Source: Candidatus Omnitrophota bacterium
GTDB lineage: Bacteria > Omnitrophota > Gorgyraeia > Zapsychrales > JAHFFX01
DNA: 64,000 bases
Assembly (NCBI GenBank): GCA_023247725.1
Contig: JAHFFW010000003.1
Span: 64,704-128,703 of the forward strand
Direction of reading: 5' to 3'
This document shows positions 18,683 to 28,929 of this stretch, piece by piece. Below the pieces are notes generated by a model. It worked only from the letters and a program-made list of their open reading frames with translations. It searched no databases and was not told the origin of the DNA. Each line of letters opens with the position of its first letter. Within the stretch, counting starts at the first letter, position 1. The translations under genes and the position numbers were made by a program.

Positions 18683-19416
18683 TCGTCATCCCGGCCATTG
18701 ACATCAAAGACGGGCAGGTCGTCCGACTCCTCAAAGGTCAAGTGGAGCAAACGACGGTTTATTCCGACGATCCGGTGGCGATCGCCAAAAAATGGCAGGG
18801 CTGCGGCGCCCAATGGCTGCATGTGGTTGATCTGGATGCGGCCATGACTGGAACCCAGGCCAGCCAAAATTTTGAAGTGATCAGCCGCATTGCGACCGCC
18901 GTGCAAATCCCGATTCAATTGGGCGGCGGCATCCGCAATAAATACGATATTGCCAGATATTTATCCAGTGGTGTTTCCCGGATTATTTTGGGCACAAAGG
19001 CCGTCGAGAATCGGGAATTCTTGAAGGAAGTATTGGAAGAATGGAAGGGCCAGATTGTGGTGAGCATTGATTGTATGGATGGTAAGGTTGCGCATCACGG
19101 ATGGAAGGAACTTTCCAACATTCAGGCGGTGGATTTTGCCAAAGAACTCAAAGGATTTGGGCTCGAATGTTTGATTTATACCGATATCAGCCGCGACGGA
19201 ACCTTAAGCGGCCCCAACGTTGCGGGTCTCACGCAGATTTTGGATTCGGTCAATATGTCCGTCATTGCCTCCGGCGGCATTGGCAGCATGGAGGACATCA
19301 AAGCGCTCCTGGAATTGGAAAGCCGCGGGCTTTGGGGGGTCATCACCGGCAAAGCCATTTATGAGGGGAAAATCGATTTGCGCGAGGCGATCAATTTATG
19401 CTCGCCAAAAGAATAA
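18679..19416 (+). CDS. hisA: ProFAR isomerase
   Basis: [17 protein letters not shown]..., (beta/alpha)8 HisA family. Confidence 0.95.
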   Translation: MIVIPAIDIKDGQVVRLLKGQVEQTTVYSDDPVAIAKKWQGCGAQWLHVVDLDAAMTGTQASQNFEVISRIATAVQIPIQLGGGIRNKYDIARYLSSGVSRIILGTKAVENREFLKEVLEEWKGQIVVSIDCMDGKVAHHGWKELSNIQAVDFAKELKGFGLECLIYTDISRDGTLSGPNVAGLTQILDSVNMSVIASGGIGSMEDIKALLELESRGLWGVITGKAIYEGKIDLREAINLCSPKE

Positions 19417-20153
19417 TTCCCTGCCTTGATGTCAAAGACGGACGGGTGGTTAAAGGAATCCGCTTTGTTCATTTGAAAGATGCCGGCGATCCGGTTGCGA
19501 TTGCCGAGGCCTATGACCGGGCGGGCGCCGATGAATTGGTTTTTTTGGATATCACGGCCAGCCATGAACAGCGATCCATCTTGCTCGAAATTGTTCGCAA
19601 AACCGCCGAGAAGGTCTTTATGCCTTTGACCGTCGGCGGCGGGATCCGCGATCTTTTGGATATCCGCCGGCTTTTGCAATACGGCGCCGATAAGGTTTCC
19701 ATCAACACGGCCGCGGTCAATCAACCAAGGCTCATTACGGAGGCCGCTCAACAATTCGGAAGCCAATGCATTGTCATTGCCATCGACGCAAAAAAGGTCA
19801 ATCGTGGTTGGCAGGTCTTCACGCACGGGGGACGAACACCCACCGGCAAAGACGCCATTGCCTGGGCTCGCCAAGCGGAAAACCTCGGTGCTGGCGAAAT
19901 TTTATTGACCAGCATGGATTTTGATGGGACCAAAAACGGTTATGATCTCGACCTCACGAAGGCGATTTGTGAGGCAGTCAAAATCCCGGTCATTGCGTCG
20001 GGCGGCGCGGGCAAACTTGAACACTTCTATGCGGTCTTTTCGAAAACCGGCGCGGATGCGGCCTTGGCCGCTTCGGTTTTCCATTTTGGCGAAATTCCAA
20101 TTCCCAACGTAAAAAAATATCTCAAACAAAAATCGGTCGAAATCCGGTTATGA
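19398..20153 (+). CDS. hisF: Imidazole glycerol phosphate synthase cyclase subunit
   Basis: [20 protein letters not shown]; HisF family. Confidence 0.95.
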   Translation: MLAKRIIPCLDVKDGRVVKGIRFVHLKDAGDPVAIAEAYDRAGADELVFLDITASHEQRSILLEIVRKTAEKVFMPLTVGGGIRDLLDIRRLLQYGADKVSINTAAVNQPRLITEAAQQFGSQCIVIAIDAKKVNRGWQVFTHGGRTPTGKDAIAWARQAENLGAGEILLTSMDFDGTKNGYDLDLTKAICEAVKIPVIASGGAGKLEHFYAVFSKTGADAALAASVFHFGEIPIPNVKKYLKQKSVEIRL

Positions 20154-20569
20154 AAAATCCCGAAACCATTGTTTTGACGCCGCGATCATTGCACAAACTC
20201 AAATTCGATAGTCAGGGTTTGATTCCGGCCATCATCCAGGATTATCAAACGCACGAAGTTCTGATGCTGGCGTATGTTAATCTTGAATCCATCAAACGCA
20301 CGATCAAAACCGGAAAGGTGACCTATTGGTCCCGTTCGCGCCAGCAATATTGGGTCAAAGGCGAAACCTCGGGGCATTTCCAATATCCCCAAGAGATCCG
20401 TTATGACTGCGACCTCGATACCTTGTTGATCAAAGTGCAACAAATTGGTTCGGCATGCCACACGATGAAAGGAAGTTGTTTCTACCGAAAGCTTAAAATA
20501 ATTCCCCGGGGCCCTTGGGATGCTGGAGCTTTGGGGCACCATGATGATCCTAGAAAAAAATCAGCATGA
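20150..20569 (+). CDS. hisI: Phosphoribosyl-AMP cyclohydrolase (CH domain only; no fused HisE)
   Basis: [27 protein letters not shown]...[17 protein letters not shown]...CDLDTLL; 139 aa. Confidence 0.9.
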   Translation: MKNPETIVLTPRSLHKLKFDSQGLIPAIIQDYQTHEVLMLAYVNLESIKRTIKTGKVTYWSRSRQQYWVKGETSGHFQYPQEIRYDCDLDTLLIKVQQIGSACHTMKGSCFYRKLKIIPRGPWDAGALGHHDDPRKKSA

Positions 20570-21534
20570 GCCGTTACCGTCGACTGCGCCGTCATGAAAC
20601 GCTGCGCCAGCTGGTGCGAGAAACGCGGGTGAGCCCCGCTGACTTGATCCAGCCTTTTTTTGTGATCGAAGGCAAGGAGAAAAGAGAAGCGATTGTTTCC
20701 ATGCCGGGCATTTACCGGTATAGCGCGGACAAACTCTTGAGGGCCATTGAACAGTATCGCAACTTAGGCGGAAAGGCGGGAATATTTTTCGGAATTCCCG
20801 GCCGCAAAGATGCGCAAGGAAGTTCGGCGCATTCTGATAATGGGGTTATCCAGAAGGCGGTCAAACTCATTAAAAAAACCTTTCCTGATTTTCTGGTCAT
20901 TACCGATGTCTGTCTGTGCGAGTATACGACTCACGGCCATTGCGGCCTTCTGACCGGAGGGGATGTCGATAATGACAAGACGCTTCCGGTTTTGGCGAGG
21001 GTGGCGCTCTCCCATGCCCAGGCTGGCGCCGATATCATTGCCCCGTCGGATATGATGGATTTGCGGATCAAATCCATTCGGACTGAACTCGATAGAAATG
21101 GTTTTGCGGATATTCCGATTCTCTCTTACGCGGCCAAATATGCCTCGGCCTTTTATGGGCCTTTTCGCACGGCGGTGAATTCTGCCCCGCAATTTGGCGA
21201 CCGCAAATCATACCAGATGGATATCGCCAATCGCCGCGAAGCGATCAAAGAGGCCCTCGCCGACTTCGACCAAGGCGCAGACCTCATTATGGTCAAACCC
21301 GCCCTCGCTTATCTGGATGTCATTGCTTTATTCAAGGCGCAGCTTAATGTTCCCATCGTTGCCTACAGTGTGAGTGGGGAATATTCCATGGTGAAGGCAG
21401 CCGCGATGGCCAGCTGGATCAGTGAACAAGATGCCGCCATGGAAATCCTCACGGCGATTAAACGCGCCGGCGCTGATCTCATCATCAGTTATTATGCACA
21501 GGAGGCCCTGCGGTGGCTATCACCCAATCGATAA
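20566..21534 (+). CDS. hemB: Porphobilinogen synthase (delta-aminolevulinate dehydratase)
   Basis: [29 protein letters not shown]; active-site Lys regions; the Cys-rich [12 protein letters not shown] stretch indicates a Zn-type enzyme. Confidence 0.93.
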   Translation: MSRYRRLRRHETLRQLVRETRVSPADLIQPFFVIEGKEKREAIVSMPGIYRYSADKLLRAIEQYRNLGGKAGIFFGIPGRKDAQGSSAHSDNGVIQKAVKLIKKTFPDFLVITDVCLCEYTTHGHCGLLTGGDVDNDKTLPVLARVALSHAQAGADIIAPSDMMDLRIKSIRTELDRNGFADIPILSYAAKYASAFYGPFRTAVNSAPQFGDRKSYQMDIANRREAIKEALADFDQGADLIMVKPALAYLDVIALFKAQLNVPIVAYSVSGEYSMVKAAAMASWISEQDAAMEILTAIKRAGADLIISYYAQEALRWLSPNR

Positions 21535-22790
21535 AATTATTCCAAAAGGCCAGGGAGGTCATGGTCGCCGGGGTCAATAGTCCGGTGCGTTCTTTTATGT
21601 CCGTGGGAGGGCATCCTCTGGTCATGGCGCGGGGAAAAGGATCCCTTTTTTTTGATGTCGATGGAAATGCCTATACGGACTATTGTCTTTCCTGGGGGGC
21701 CTTGATCTTGGGCCATGCCCACAATGATGTGGTTTCCGCTGTGCGGCGGGCCATTGTTCATGGATCGAGTTTTGGCACGACGACTCAAGTCGAAATTGAG
21801 ATGGCGAGGTTCGTTGTTCGACATGTCCCTTCCATCGATTTAGTTCGGTTGGTGAATTCCGGGACCGAAGCGACGATGAGCGCCATTCGCTTGGCCCGCG
21901 GGTTTACCGCAAAAAAGATGATCGTCAAATTTGATGGCTGTTATCATGGTCATTTCGATGACTTGTTAATCCAGGCCGGCTCCGGCGTGGCCAAATTGCC
22001 GGAATCCTCGAGTCAGGGAATCACGCCAAACCATATTCAAGAGACCCTCAGCCTTCCCTATAATAATACGAGGGTTCTCTCAGACATTTTGAATCGGTTT
22101 CATAAGGACATTGCCTGTGTTATTGTGGAACCCGTCGCCGGCAACATGGGAGTGGTAAGACCCGAGAAGGATTTTTTGAAAACCCTGAGAGAATTGACGC
22201 AAAAGTTCAAAATCGTTTTGATTTTTGATGAAGTCATGACCGGATTTCGGATGGGGTTGGGATGCGTGCAATCGGATTTGGGAATCATTCCGGATCTCAC
22301 TTGTCTGGGGAAAATTATAGGCGGCGGTTTTCCCATGGGGGCTTATGGCGGAAGAAAGGATATCATGCAATGCGTGGCCCCTCTGGGGAGGGTTTATCAG
22401 GCGGGGACATTTTCTGGGAATCCGGTGACTCTCTGCGCCGGTCTGGCGACTTTAAAAAATTTGTCAAAGGGATTTTACCTCCGGCTTAATACCCGCAGTG
22501 AAGAATTTGCCGAGCAGATGAATCGATTTTTTGTCAGCCAAAATAGCCCGGCCTATCTTTCTGGTTACAAATCCATGCTGAGTCTCCGATTCCAAGCGGG
22601 CCCGGTTAAAAATTATGCGCAGGCCCAAAAGGCTTCCTCGGTTCAACTCTATGCTAAACTTTTTCAAAAGCTTTTAAAGAATGGCGTCTACTGGCCGCCG
22701 GCGGATCTGGAGGCCTTTTTCCTCAGTGCGGCTCATTCCAACAGGGATTTAAGGCGCTTGGCGGATTTGTTGAAAGATTTTTTTGCATAA
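21513..22790 (+). CDS. hemL: Glutamate-1-semialdehyde 2,1-aminomutase
   Basis: Class III aminotransferase; AGVNSPVRSF; PLP lysine context CLGKIIGGGFP. Confidence 0.93.
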   Translation: MAITQSIKLFQKAREVMVAGVNSPVRSFMSVGGHPLVMARGKGSLFFDVDGNAYTDYCLSWGALILGHAHNDVVSAVRRAIVHGSSFGTTTQVEIEMARFVVRHVPSIDLVRLVNSGTEATMSAIRLARGFTAKKMIVKFDGCYHGHFDDLLIQAGSGVAKLPESSSQGITPNHIQETLSLPYNNTRVLSDILNRFHKDIACVIVEPVAGNMGVVRPEKDFLKTLRELTQKFKIVLIFDEVMTGFRMGLGCVQSDLGIIPDLTCLGKIIGGGFPMGAYGGRKDIMQCVAPLGRVYQAGTFSGNPVTLCAGLATLKNLSKGFYLRLNTRSEEFAEQMNRFFVSQNSPAYLSGYKSMLSLRFQAGPVKNYAQAQKASSVQLYAKLFQKLLKNGVYWPPADLEAFFLSAAHSNRDLRRLADLLKDFFA

Positions 22791-22881
22791 CCAATCACGA
22801 AGCAAATCCAAATGACCAAATCACAAATTTCCAAAGTCAAGACTGTGTGCACAATCAGTTTTTAAACCAAAGGGGGGACCT

Positions 22882-23277
22882 ATGCTCACGAACCTGCGTC
22901 AACAATTTGTTTTGATCTGTCTCTTGGGGATTTTCTCCCTTAGTTCAACGGGATGTTGGCTTCTGGTGGGCGCGGCGGCTGGCGCCGGCGGCGTGATCTG
23001 GGTAAAGGGGAGATTAGCGCAAGAGTTGAATGCGCCACTGGATCGGGTCCATGCCGCCAGCCTCAAGGCCTTGGAAAAAATGGAATTGCCCCTCATTATC
23101 GACCAAAAAGATAAACTGAGCGCAAAAATCGAATCGGAATTTTCCGACCGGGCAAGGGTGAGGATTAACATCAAATCGATCACCACCCGCTCGAGTCGAA
23201 TCGAAATCCGCGTGGGCACGCTCGGCGATGAACAACGCTCTCGGCAGATTCTCGATAACATCGAACATTATTTATAA
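22882..23277 (+). CDS. Small lipoprotein of unknown function (DUF3568-like)
   Basis: Lipobox LSSTGC, then a glycine-rich GAAAGAGGVIWVKG segment and a short alpha/beta domain. Confidence 0.4.
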   Translation: MLTNLRQQFVLICLLGIFSLSSTGCWLLVGAAAGAGGVIWVKGRLAQELNAPLDRVHAASLKALEKMELPLIIDQKDKLSAKIESEFSDRARVRINIKSITTRSSRIEIRVGTLGDEQRSRQILDNIEHYL

Positions 23278-23281
23278 TCCC

Positions 23282-23638
23282 ATGAATAATAAACCCGAAC
23301 TGCCCCTCCGGCCTTGGGGAAATTTTCAGAAACTTTTTCAGGAGCCGGGTCTTTGGGTCAAACGGATCGAAGTCAATCCTGGCGCGCGGCTGAGCCTGCA
23401 AAGGCATGAGAAGCGTTCGGAGAAATGGGTTTTTGTTCATGGTCTTGGGCTGGCCATTGTCGAGGGCAAACAGATCCCGGTGAAAAAAGGAACCGTTGTC
23501 GATATCCCATTGGGGGCGGTGCATCGGATTGGCAATACCGGCGAAGATCCGCTCATCTTCATTGAAGTCGCCACCGGCAGCTATTTGGCGGAGGATGATA
23601 TTGTGCGGATAGAGGATGATTATGATAGGAAAAGTTGA
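23282..23638 (+). CDS. Stand-alone cupin protein (resembles the C-terminal cupin domain of mannose-6-phosphate isomerase / ManC type II)
   Basis: WGNFQKL...VKRIEVNPGARLSLQRHEKRSEKWVFVHG...AVHRIGNTGEDPLIFIEV; start at the internal ATG 23282. Confidence 0.6.
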   Translation: MNNKPELPLRPWGNFQKLFQEPGLWVKRIEVNPGARLSLQRHEKRSEKWVFVHGLGLAIVEGKQIPVKKGTVVDIPLGAVHRIGNTGEDPLIFIEVATGSYLAEDDIVRIEDDYDRKS

Positions 23639-23651
23639 TCTCAGTCACAAG

Positions 23652-23700
23652 TCACCAGTCAAGGTTACACCTCACACGTCACATGTCACAAAAAATTTTC
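23652..23700. repeat. Degenerate heptanucleotide tandem repeat (GTCACAN) x7 between the convergent cupin and rpoN genes
   Basis: gtcacaa gtcacca gtcaagg ttacacc tcacacg tcacatg tcacaaa, read directly. Confidence 0.5.
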
Positions 23701-23712
23701 CTATGACCTTGA

Positions 23713-25083
23713 TTATTCCTTCCGCAAATGCGACGGCAAAATATTGAGCTGCTGACGATACTTGCTGATCGTTCGGCGGGCGATGTTGAAACCTTTTTTC
23801 TGAAAATGTTCCTGCAGTTCCTGATCAGAGAGAGGGGCGGTCTTTTGTTCAGCATCAATCAAATCCTTGATCTCTTCTTTGATACTGCGGCTGGAGACGG
23901 GACCTTGTGTTTGATGGGGAAGACCTTGAGAAAAGAAAAACCGCAAGGGCACCAAGCCTTGCGGTGTATCCACATACTTGTTTTGGATGGCCCGGCTGAC
24001 GGTTGATTCATTATGGTTGATGGCGACAGCGACATCCTTGAGCGTCATGGGATGAATCGATAAGTGTGCTCCGCCAAAAAAATCTTTTTGCTTGTCTAGA
24101 ATATACTCCGCGATCTCCTTGATGGTTTGCCCTCGCTGCTCAAGGCTACGGATGAAATTCGTGGCATTGCGCAACTTCTCCTTCACAAATTCCTTCTCCG
24201 CCTCCTTGAGGTTTTTATCCAGAAGCAGTCTTTGATAAAGCAGGTTGATCCGCAGATTAGGCAACCCTTCCTGATTGACCGTCACTTGAAAACCTTCAAT
24301 GGGATCCTGGTGGATGATGACGTCGGGTTTGATATAAATATTGGCATTGATCGGACGGTAATTACGCGCAGGTTTTGGCTCGAGACTGGCGATTTTGTTC
24401 GCAGCGTCTTTAACCAGCTCTAAGCTTGTTGCCAATTTGCGGGCGATCTCACTATATTTGCGCGAGCCCACCTCGGCCAGAAATGAATCGATCATGGTGG
24501 CGCCCAAATCGGCAGGGTCATCATACTTAGCCGACAATTGAATCTTTAAACATTCCTTCAAATCACGGGAAGCAATTCCGACCGGTTCAAAATTCTGAAT
24601 TCGCTGCAAAACATGTTCAACCAAGGCCAGATGATTTGGGCAAAGGCTTTGGGCAATCTCATCGCAGGAGATCCGTAAATACCCATCTTCGTCCAAGTTC
24701 CCGATAATTGTTTCTCCAATTTTTAACTGCAGAGGTTCTGAAAATTCAAAGCGCAGCTGTTCTAGCAATGAATCTTCCAAAGGAAGTTCCTTAAAAAGAG
24801 GTTTTTCCTCCCAGCGTTCATCTTCGCTAAAAGACTCCATCCGTTGCAATCGGAGGATTTCTCTTTGGCGTTGAATGTTGTTTTTCGTGATGTCAGCATG
24901 AGCTGCCACAGAAACCATCTGGGGTTCATCTTCATTGATTTCTAAAAGGGGATTATTTTGCAATTCTTGTTCGATGGCAAGGTCAAGATCGGCCAATGGC
25001 AATGCGAGAATTGAGATCGATTGTTGCATGGAAGGAGCGAGGATGGTTTTTTGTACTTGGGACAAAGCAAGCTTTGTTTTCAT
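23713..25083 (-). CDS. rpoN: RNA polymerase sigma-54 factor
   Basis: N-terminal Gln/Leu-rich region I (LAPSMQQSISILALP), core-binding region, C-terminal HTH and RpoN box ARRTISKYR. Start taken at MKTKLALSQ. Confidence 0.93.
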   Translation of the reverse strand: MKTKLALSQVQKTILAPSMQQSISILALPLADLDLAIEQELQNNPLLEINEDEPQMVSVAAHADITKNNIQRQREILRLQRMESFSEDERWEEKPLFKELPLEDSLLEQLRFEFSEPLQLKIGETIIGNLDEDGYLRISCDEIAQSLCPNHLALVEHVLQRIQNFEPVGIASRDLKECLKIQLSAKYDDPADLGATMIDSFLAEVGSRKYSEIARKLATSLELVKDAANKIASLEPKPARNYRPINANIYIKPDVIIHQDPIEGFQVTVNQEGLPNLRINLLYQRLLLDKNLKEAEKEFVKEKLRNATNFIRSLEQRGQTIKEIAEYILDKQKDFFGGAHLSIHPMTLKDVAVAINHNESTVSRAIQNKYVDTPQGLVPLRFFFSQGLPHQTQGPVSSRSIKEEIKDLIDAEQKTAPLSDQELQEHFQKKGFNIARRTISKYRQQLNILPSHLRKE

Positions 25084-25224
25084 AGCAAGAAGTATACCAT
25101 ATTGCATTTTTTAAAGTAAAAATTTTTATCGGCACGACGAAATAGACCTCCGTAGATAAAAAACGCGTGGGATGTCCATTGATGTTTTTATTGGACAATA
25201 CCTTAAGTCGCTGCTGTGAGTTAT

Positions 25225-25408
25225 TTTCTATGATTGTCCAGGCTTGTCCTAGACAATCATGTTTAGTGAATTGAACATTGCTGAGTTTGAATCCTTTGAC
25301 CATCATTATTTGTAGAAAGATTGTGTAATTATAAAATAATGCATAACATGACCTTATAGAACATTCGTTTTTATTTGTCCGGGCTTGTCCAAGATGGCAT
25401 GTTACTTG
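25225..25408. promoter_or_regulatory. Two ~32-bp direct repeats (TGATTGTCCAGGCTTGTCCTAGACAATCATGTT / TATTTGTCCGGGCTTGTCCAAGATGGCATGTT) plus extra TTGTCC/GGACAA half-sites in the AT-rich region between rpoN and the EPS operon
   Basis: Read directly. Copy 1 is at 25231-25263 and copy 2 at 25373-25404. Copy 1 is flanked by the inverted heptamers GATTGTC/GACAATC. TTGGACAA occurs at 25191. Confidence 0.45.
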
Positions 25409-25547
25409 CTGTATTATGGGGTACGAAGGCATTGACGACAATTAAAGAGATGGTCATCCCACATTTCAATCACCTAATAACTATCGCTACCCCGAAAGCA
25501 GTTTTACATTCTTTTAAAGATTGCCATTAGAGTTCACGGAAGGAAGG

Positions 25548-25775
25548 ATGCACATGATCGAGGAACGCTTAACTCAAGGAGGCTTGGAAGTGAAAAAAAG
25601 GATGACCATAACTGAGGTCGCGGACCTGATAGGCATCAGTCCGAAAACGCTGGCGCGATGGGAAAAGGTCGGCAAGATCAAAAAGCCCAAACGGGACTGG
25701 CGGGGCTGGCGGGTTTATGATGAAACTGACTTCTTACACATAAAAGAGTTTCATGAAACCGTTTTTGAAGTCTGA
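25548..25775 (+). CDS. Small MerR/excisionase-family helix-turn-helix DNA-binding protein
   Basis: MTITEVADLIGISPKTLARWEKVGKIKKP...RVYDETD; RBS GGAAGGAAGG upstream of ATG 25548; first gene of the EPS operon. Confidence 0.6.
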   Translation: MHMIEERLTQGGLEVKKRMTITEVADLIGISPKTLARWEKVGKIKKPKRDWRGWRVYDETDFLHIKEFHETVFEV

Positions 25776-25806
25776 GTCATATATATTAAAGAAAGGAAGA
25801 CCGACT

Positions 25807-26601
25807 ATGAAGCGAGGCGTTTCTATTTTTTGGTTGTTCATCATCATGGCCGGATTGGCGGGTTTAAACTCTCCCTGGGTCATGGCCCAGAATTTTGCTG
25901 ACCGACCACCGGTTCATGAAGAACCGCAAGCTGTGACGAAAGCTGATCCATCGCAAAGTGATCAAGAACTTTCCGCGGAGGAAATCCTCAAGAAAACCAA
26001 ATTTTTTGAGAATGGCAAGCAATACACCTTAGGGAGAGATGATGTCCTGGACATTTCCATCATGCGTCACCCGGAAGTATCCGGGCAATACATCATTAAT
26101 GCCGAAGGCAATATACAATATGAATTTGTTGGCGATATCAGAGTGAGCGGTTTGACAAAAGATGAGGTGCGCGATGCAATTGCCGAAAAATTGTCCAACT
26201 TCATTGTCTCTCCGGATGTGACGGTCAAGATTGTGGGTTATAACAGCAAGGTGGTGTATGTCATTGGAGAAGTTGGTCGTCCAGGAAAGATTTTTATGCG
26301 TGGCGACACGATCACCGTCCGAGAAGCCCTTCTGGAAGCGGGTCTTCCTTTATTGACGGCCTCCCCCAAAAAGGGCCGATTGATCACCCCCTCTATGACG
26401 GGTAAACCCGAACAGAAAAAGGTCAATGTCGAAGCCTTGCTCTATAAGGGCGATTTGCGTGAAAACCTGGTGATGAAGCCAGGAGATACGCTTTATATCC
26501 CGGCCACAGTTTTGGCGAAGGCCATGCGGGCGATTTACCCTGTCACTCAACCCGTCGGCGAGGCAGCCGGTACGACCCGGGCGGTTTATCCGGGATTTTA
26601 A
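25807..26601 (+). CDS. Periplasmic polysaccharide export protein (Wza/OPX family, PEP-CTERM-locus type)
   Basis: Signal peptide; Poly_export domain (LGRDDVLDISI...GNIQYEFVGDIRVSGLTKDEVRDAIAEKL) followed by an SLBB domain (VYVIGEVGRPG...GDTITVREALLEAGL). Confidence 0.85.
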   Translation: MKRGVSIFWLFIIMAGLAGLNSPWVMAQNFADRPPVHEEPQAVTKADPSQSDQELSAEEILKKTKFFENGKQYTLGRDDVLDISIMRHPEVSGQYIINAEGNIQYEFVGDIRVSGLTKDEVRDAIAEKLSNFIVSPDVTVKIVGYNSKVVYVIGEVGRPGKIFMRGDTITVREALLEAGLPLLTASPKKGRLITPSMTGKPEQKKVNVEALLYKGDLRENLVMKPGDTLYIPATVLAKAMRAIYPVTQPVGEAAGTTRAVYPGF

Positions 26602-26646
26602 ACTTCGATGACTTTTTTTACGATTACAACTTAGCGAGGATCTGAC

Positions 26647-27942
26647 ATGGACGAATTAAATCAGACAGCATTTTCACCTTTGAATTATTTAAAAATCTTT
26701 TTCCGCCGCAAAAGCCTTTTTATTGTGCCTTTGTACGCGGGTTTAATCCTGGGAATTTGCGTGGGGATGATTATGCCCAAGAAGTACCGGTCTTCGACGA
26801 TTATCCAGGTGGAAGAAGGTAAATCCGATAATCCTTTGTTTGATAACCTAGCGGTTTCAACCAGTGTCAATCAAAGGATGGGGGCCATCCAAGAGTCCAT
26901 GCTCGGATGGAATAGCCTGGTCAAGCTCGTCAAGAGACTCGGGTTGGATAAGGAGGTCAAGACGCCGGGAGACTTAGAAAATCTCATCATGAAGATCCGC
27001 CGCAATATCGATATTCGCCTGCGGGGAGGAAACATCATCGATCTGGCCTATGTGGGGGATGATCCCCAGATCACCCAATCCGTGGTCAAAACGATCACCG
27101 AAATTTTCATCGAGCGCAATATTGAAATTCAGAATTCTGAAACTTCCGACGCCATTGCCTTCATCGAGGCGCAGCTGAAAATTTATAAAGGGAAAATCAA
27201 ATCTTCCGAGATTGCGCTTCTCAAAGAACAGCTGGATGGCTTATTGCTCGATTCCACCGAACAGCATCCGCGGGTGCGCGAATTGAGGACTCAGATTGAA
27301 CAAAAAAAGAAGGAGTTAGAAAAAGAAAAATTGCAATACTCGGAGGATATGGTTCTGGAAGAGCGCACGACCAATCCCATTATCGAAGAGATCAAGCGTG
27401 CCCTCGACAGCATGGAATCAACGACGGTCTCAATCAATCAAGCCGCTCCGCGCAAAGAAAAAGAGGGCGATTTATACAAGGTCATGCTCATCGACAAGAT
27501 GGACAATGTCATGGCCAGAGACGTGGGAGTCAATACGGCCATTTACAATATGCTTTTGCAGCGTCTGGAAACGGCAAAAATCACCCAGCGATTGCAATCC
27601 TCGAAGGAAGGAACAAAATACACAATCCTCGATCCGCCCCGGGTGCCCTTGAGCCCAATTCAACCAAATCGATTATTGGTAGCGTTCATGGGAATGTTTT
27701 TGGGTGGAGTGGCAGGAATTGGGTTGGTCCTGTTAACCGAATTTCTGGATAAATCCTTTCTCGATGTTCAGGAGGCCAAAGAATATCTGGGCGTCCCCTT
27801 ATTGGGCGCGATCTCAAAAATCAATACGATTGAAAGCATTCAGCAAGAAAAAGAACGACAAGGATGGTTTGCCAGCCTTACGGTCATCACCGGATTGGTG
27901 TTGGTTCTCATTACCGTGGTTCTGTCCGGATTGATTCATTAA
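26647..27942 (+). CDS. Polysaccharide chain-length determinant protein (Wzz/PCP family; the kinase is separate)
   Basis: N-terminal TM, Wzz domain, long coiled-coil periplasmic region, C-terminal TM; no kinase domain. Confidence 0.82.
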   Translation: MDELNQTAFSPLNYLKIFFRRKSLFIVPLYAGLILGICVGMIMPKKYRSSTIIQVEEGKSDNPLFDNLAVSTSVNQRMGAIQESMLGWNSLVKLVKRLGLDKEVKTPGDLENLIMKIRRNIDIRLRGGNIIDLAYVGDDPQITQSVVKTITEIFIERNIEIQNSETSDAIAFIEAQLKIYKGKIKSSEIALLKEQLDGLLLDSTEQHPRVRELRTQIEQKKKELEKEKLQYSEDMVLEERTTNPIIEEIKRALDSMESTTVSINQAAPRKEKEGDLYKVMLIDKMDNVMARDVGVNTAIYNMLLQRLETAKITQRLQSSKEGTKYTILDPPRVPLSPIQPNRLLVAFMGMFLGGVAGIGLVLLTEFLDKSFLDVQEAKEYLGVPLLGAISKINTIESIQQEKERQGWFASLTVITGLVLVLITVVLSGLIH

Positions 27943-27975
27943 AAAGCCTTTCGCCCCAGATGAGGAGGAAGTTGC

Positions 27976-28866
27976 ATGTATCAACAATATTTCGGTTTTA
28001 AAGAATCTCCCTTTAATATCACGCCTAATTCCAAGTTCTTTTTTGCAAGCCTCAGACATACCGAGGCGCTCAATACCATGGTCTACGCAGTTTCGGAACG
28101 AAAAGGTTTTGTGGTCATTACCGGGGATATTGGCGCCGGCAAAACCACCGTTTGCCGGGCCCTCGTTAATCAGTTGGATTCCCGAACCCAAGTCGCGTTG
28201 ATCACCAACACCCTCATGAACGGCCGCGATTTGATTAGCACCATCCTCGAAGATTTGGAAGCGCAATACACCCCTGGGTCGAAGGCCAAATTGCTTTTCC
28301 AATTGAATAATTATCTGATTGAGCAATTGCGCGAAAATAATAATGTCGTCCTCATCATTGATGAAGCCCAGAACCTCACGCCTTCGGTTCTCGAAGAGGT
28401 GCGCCTTTTATCCAACCTCGAGACCGAAAGCGAGAAACTCATTCAGATCATTTTCCTTGGCCAGCCGGAATTAAAGAAAAAATTGGCAATGAATCGGCTC
28501 GAGCAATTGCGACAACGGGTCGCCGTCTATTATCATCTCTCGCCTTTAACCAAAGATGAAGCCCGGGAGTACATTCTTCATCGATTAAAAATTGCCAGCA
28601 AGAGCGACCGCCAGTATTTTACGGAGGAAGCCTTGGAGACGGTTTATAATTTTTCCAACGGAGTTCCGCGATTGATCAACCAAATCTGCGACAGCGCCCT
28701 CTTAAGCGCTTATGTCGCCGAAGCGGCCCAAGTCACTGACCAGACGATGCGGGAAGTCATTGCGGAATCTCCCATGATCCAAATCACAAGCGGCCAGCCG
28801 GTCTTGCCTAAAAAAGAGTCGGCCTTGGCTGAGGATCTGACAACGAAGATTTACTTCAAAGGGTGA
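27976..28866 (+). CDS. ExeA/GspA-like AAA ATPase (the ATPase family associated with PEP-CTERM loci)
   Basis: MYQQYFGFKESPFNITPNSKFFF...ITGDIGAGKTTVCRAL...LIIDEAQNLTPSVLEEVRLLSN. Confidence 0.85.
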   Translation: MYQQYFGFKESPFNITPNSKFFFASLRHTEALNTMVYAVSERKGFVVITGDIGAGKTTVCRALVNQLDSRTQVALITNTLMNGRDLISTILEDLEAQYTPGSKAKLLFQLNNYLIEQLRENNNVVLIIDEAQNLTPSVLEEVRLLSNLETESEKLIQIIFLGQPELKKKLAMNRLEQLRQRVAVYYHLSPLTKDEAREYILHRLKIASKSDRQYFTEEALETVYNFSNGVPRLINQICDSALLSAYVAEAAQVTDQTMREVIAESPMIQITSGQPVLPKKESALAEDLTTKIYFKG

Positions 28867-28929
28867 GATGGAACGTGCTCGTTTCTGCCTTAGGGTCAAT
28901 TGCGCTCGCACCAAAAAAGGAGAGACCAA

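Noticed and set aside
25548-25775. Excisionase/MerR-type HTH as a marker of an integrated mobile element
   Set aside because: There is no integrase, att-like repeat, tRNA target or compositional island boundary nearby. The gene is better read as a small local transcription factor at the head of the EPS operon.
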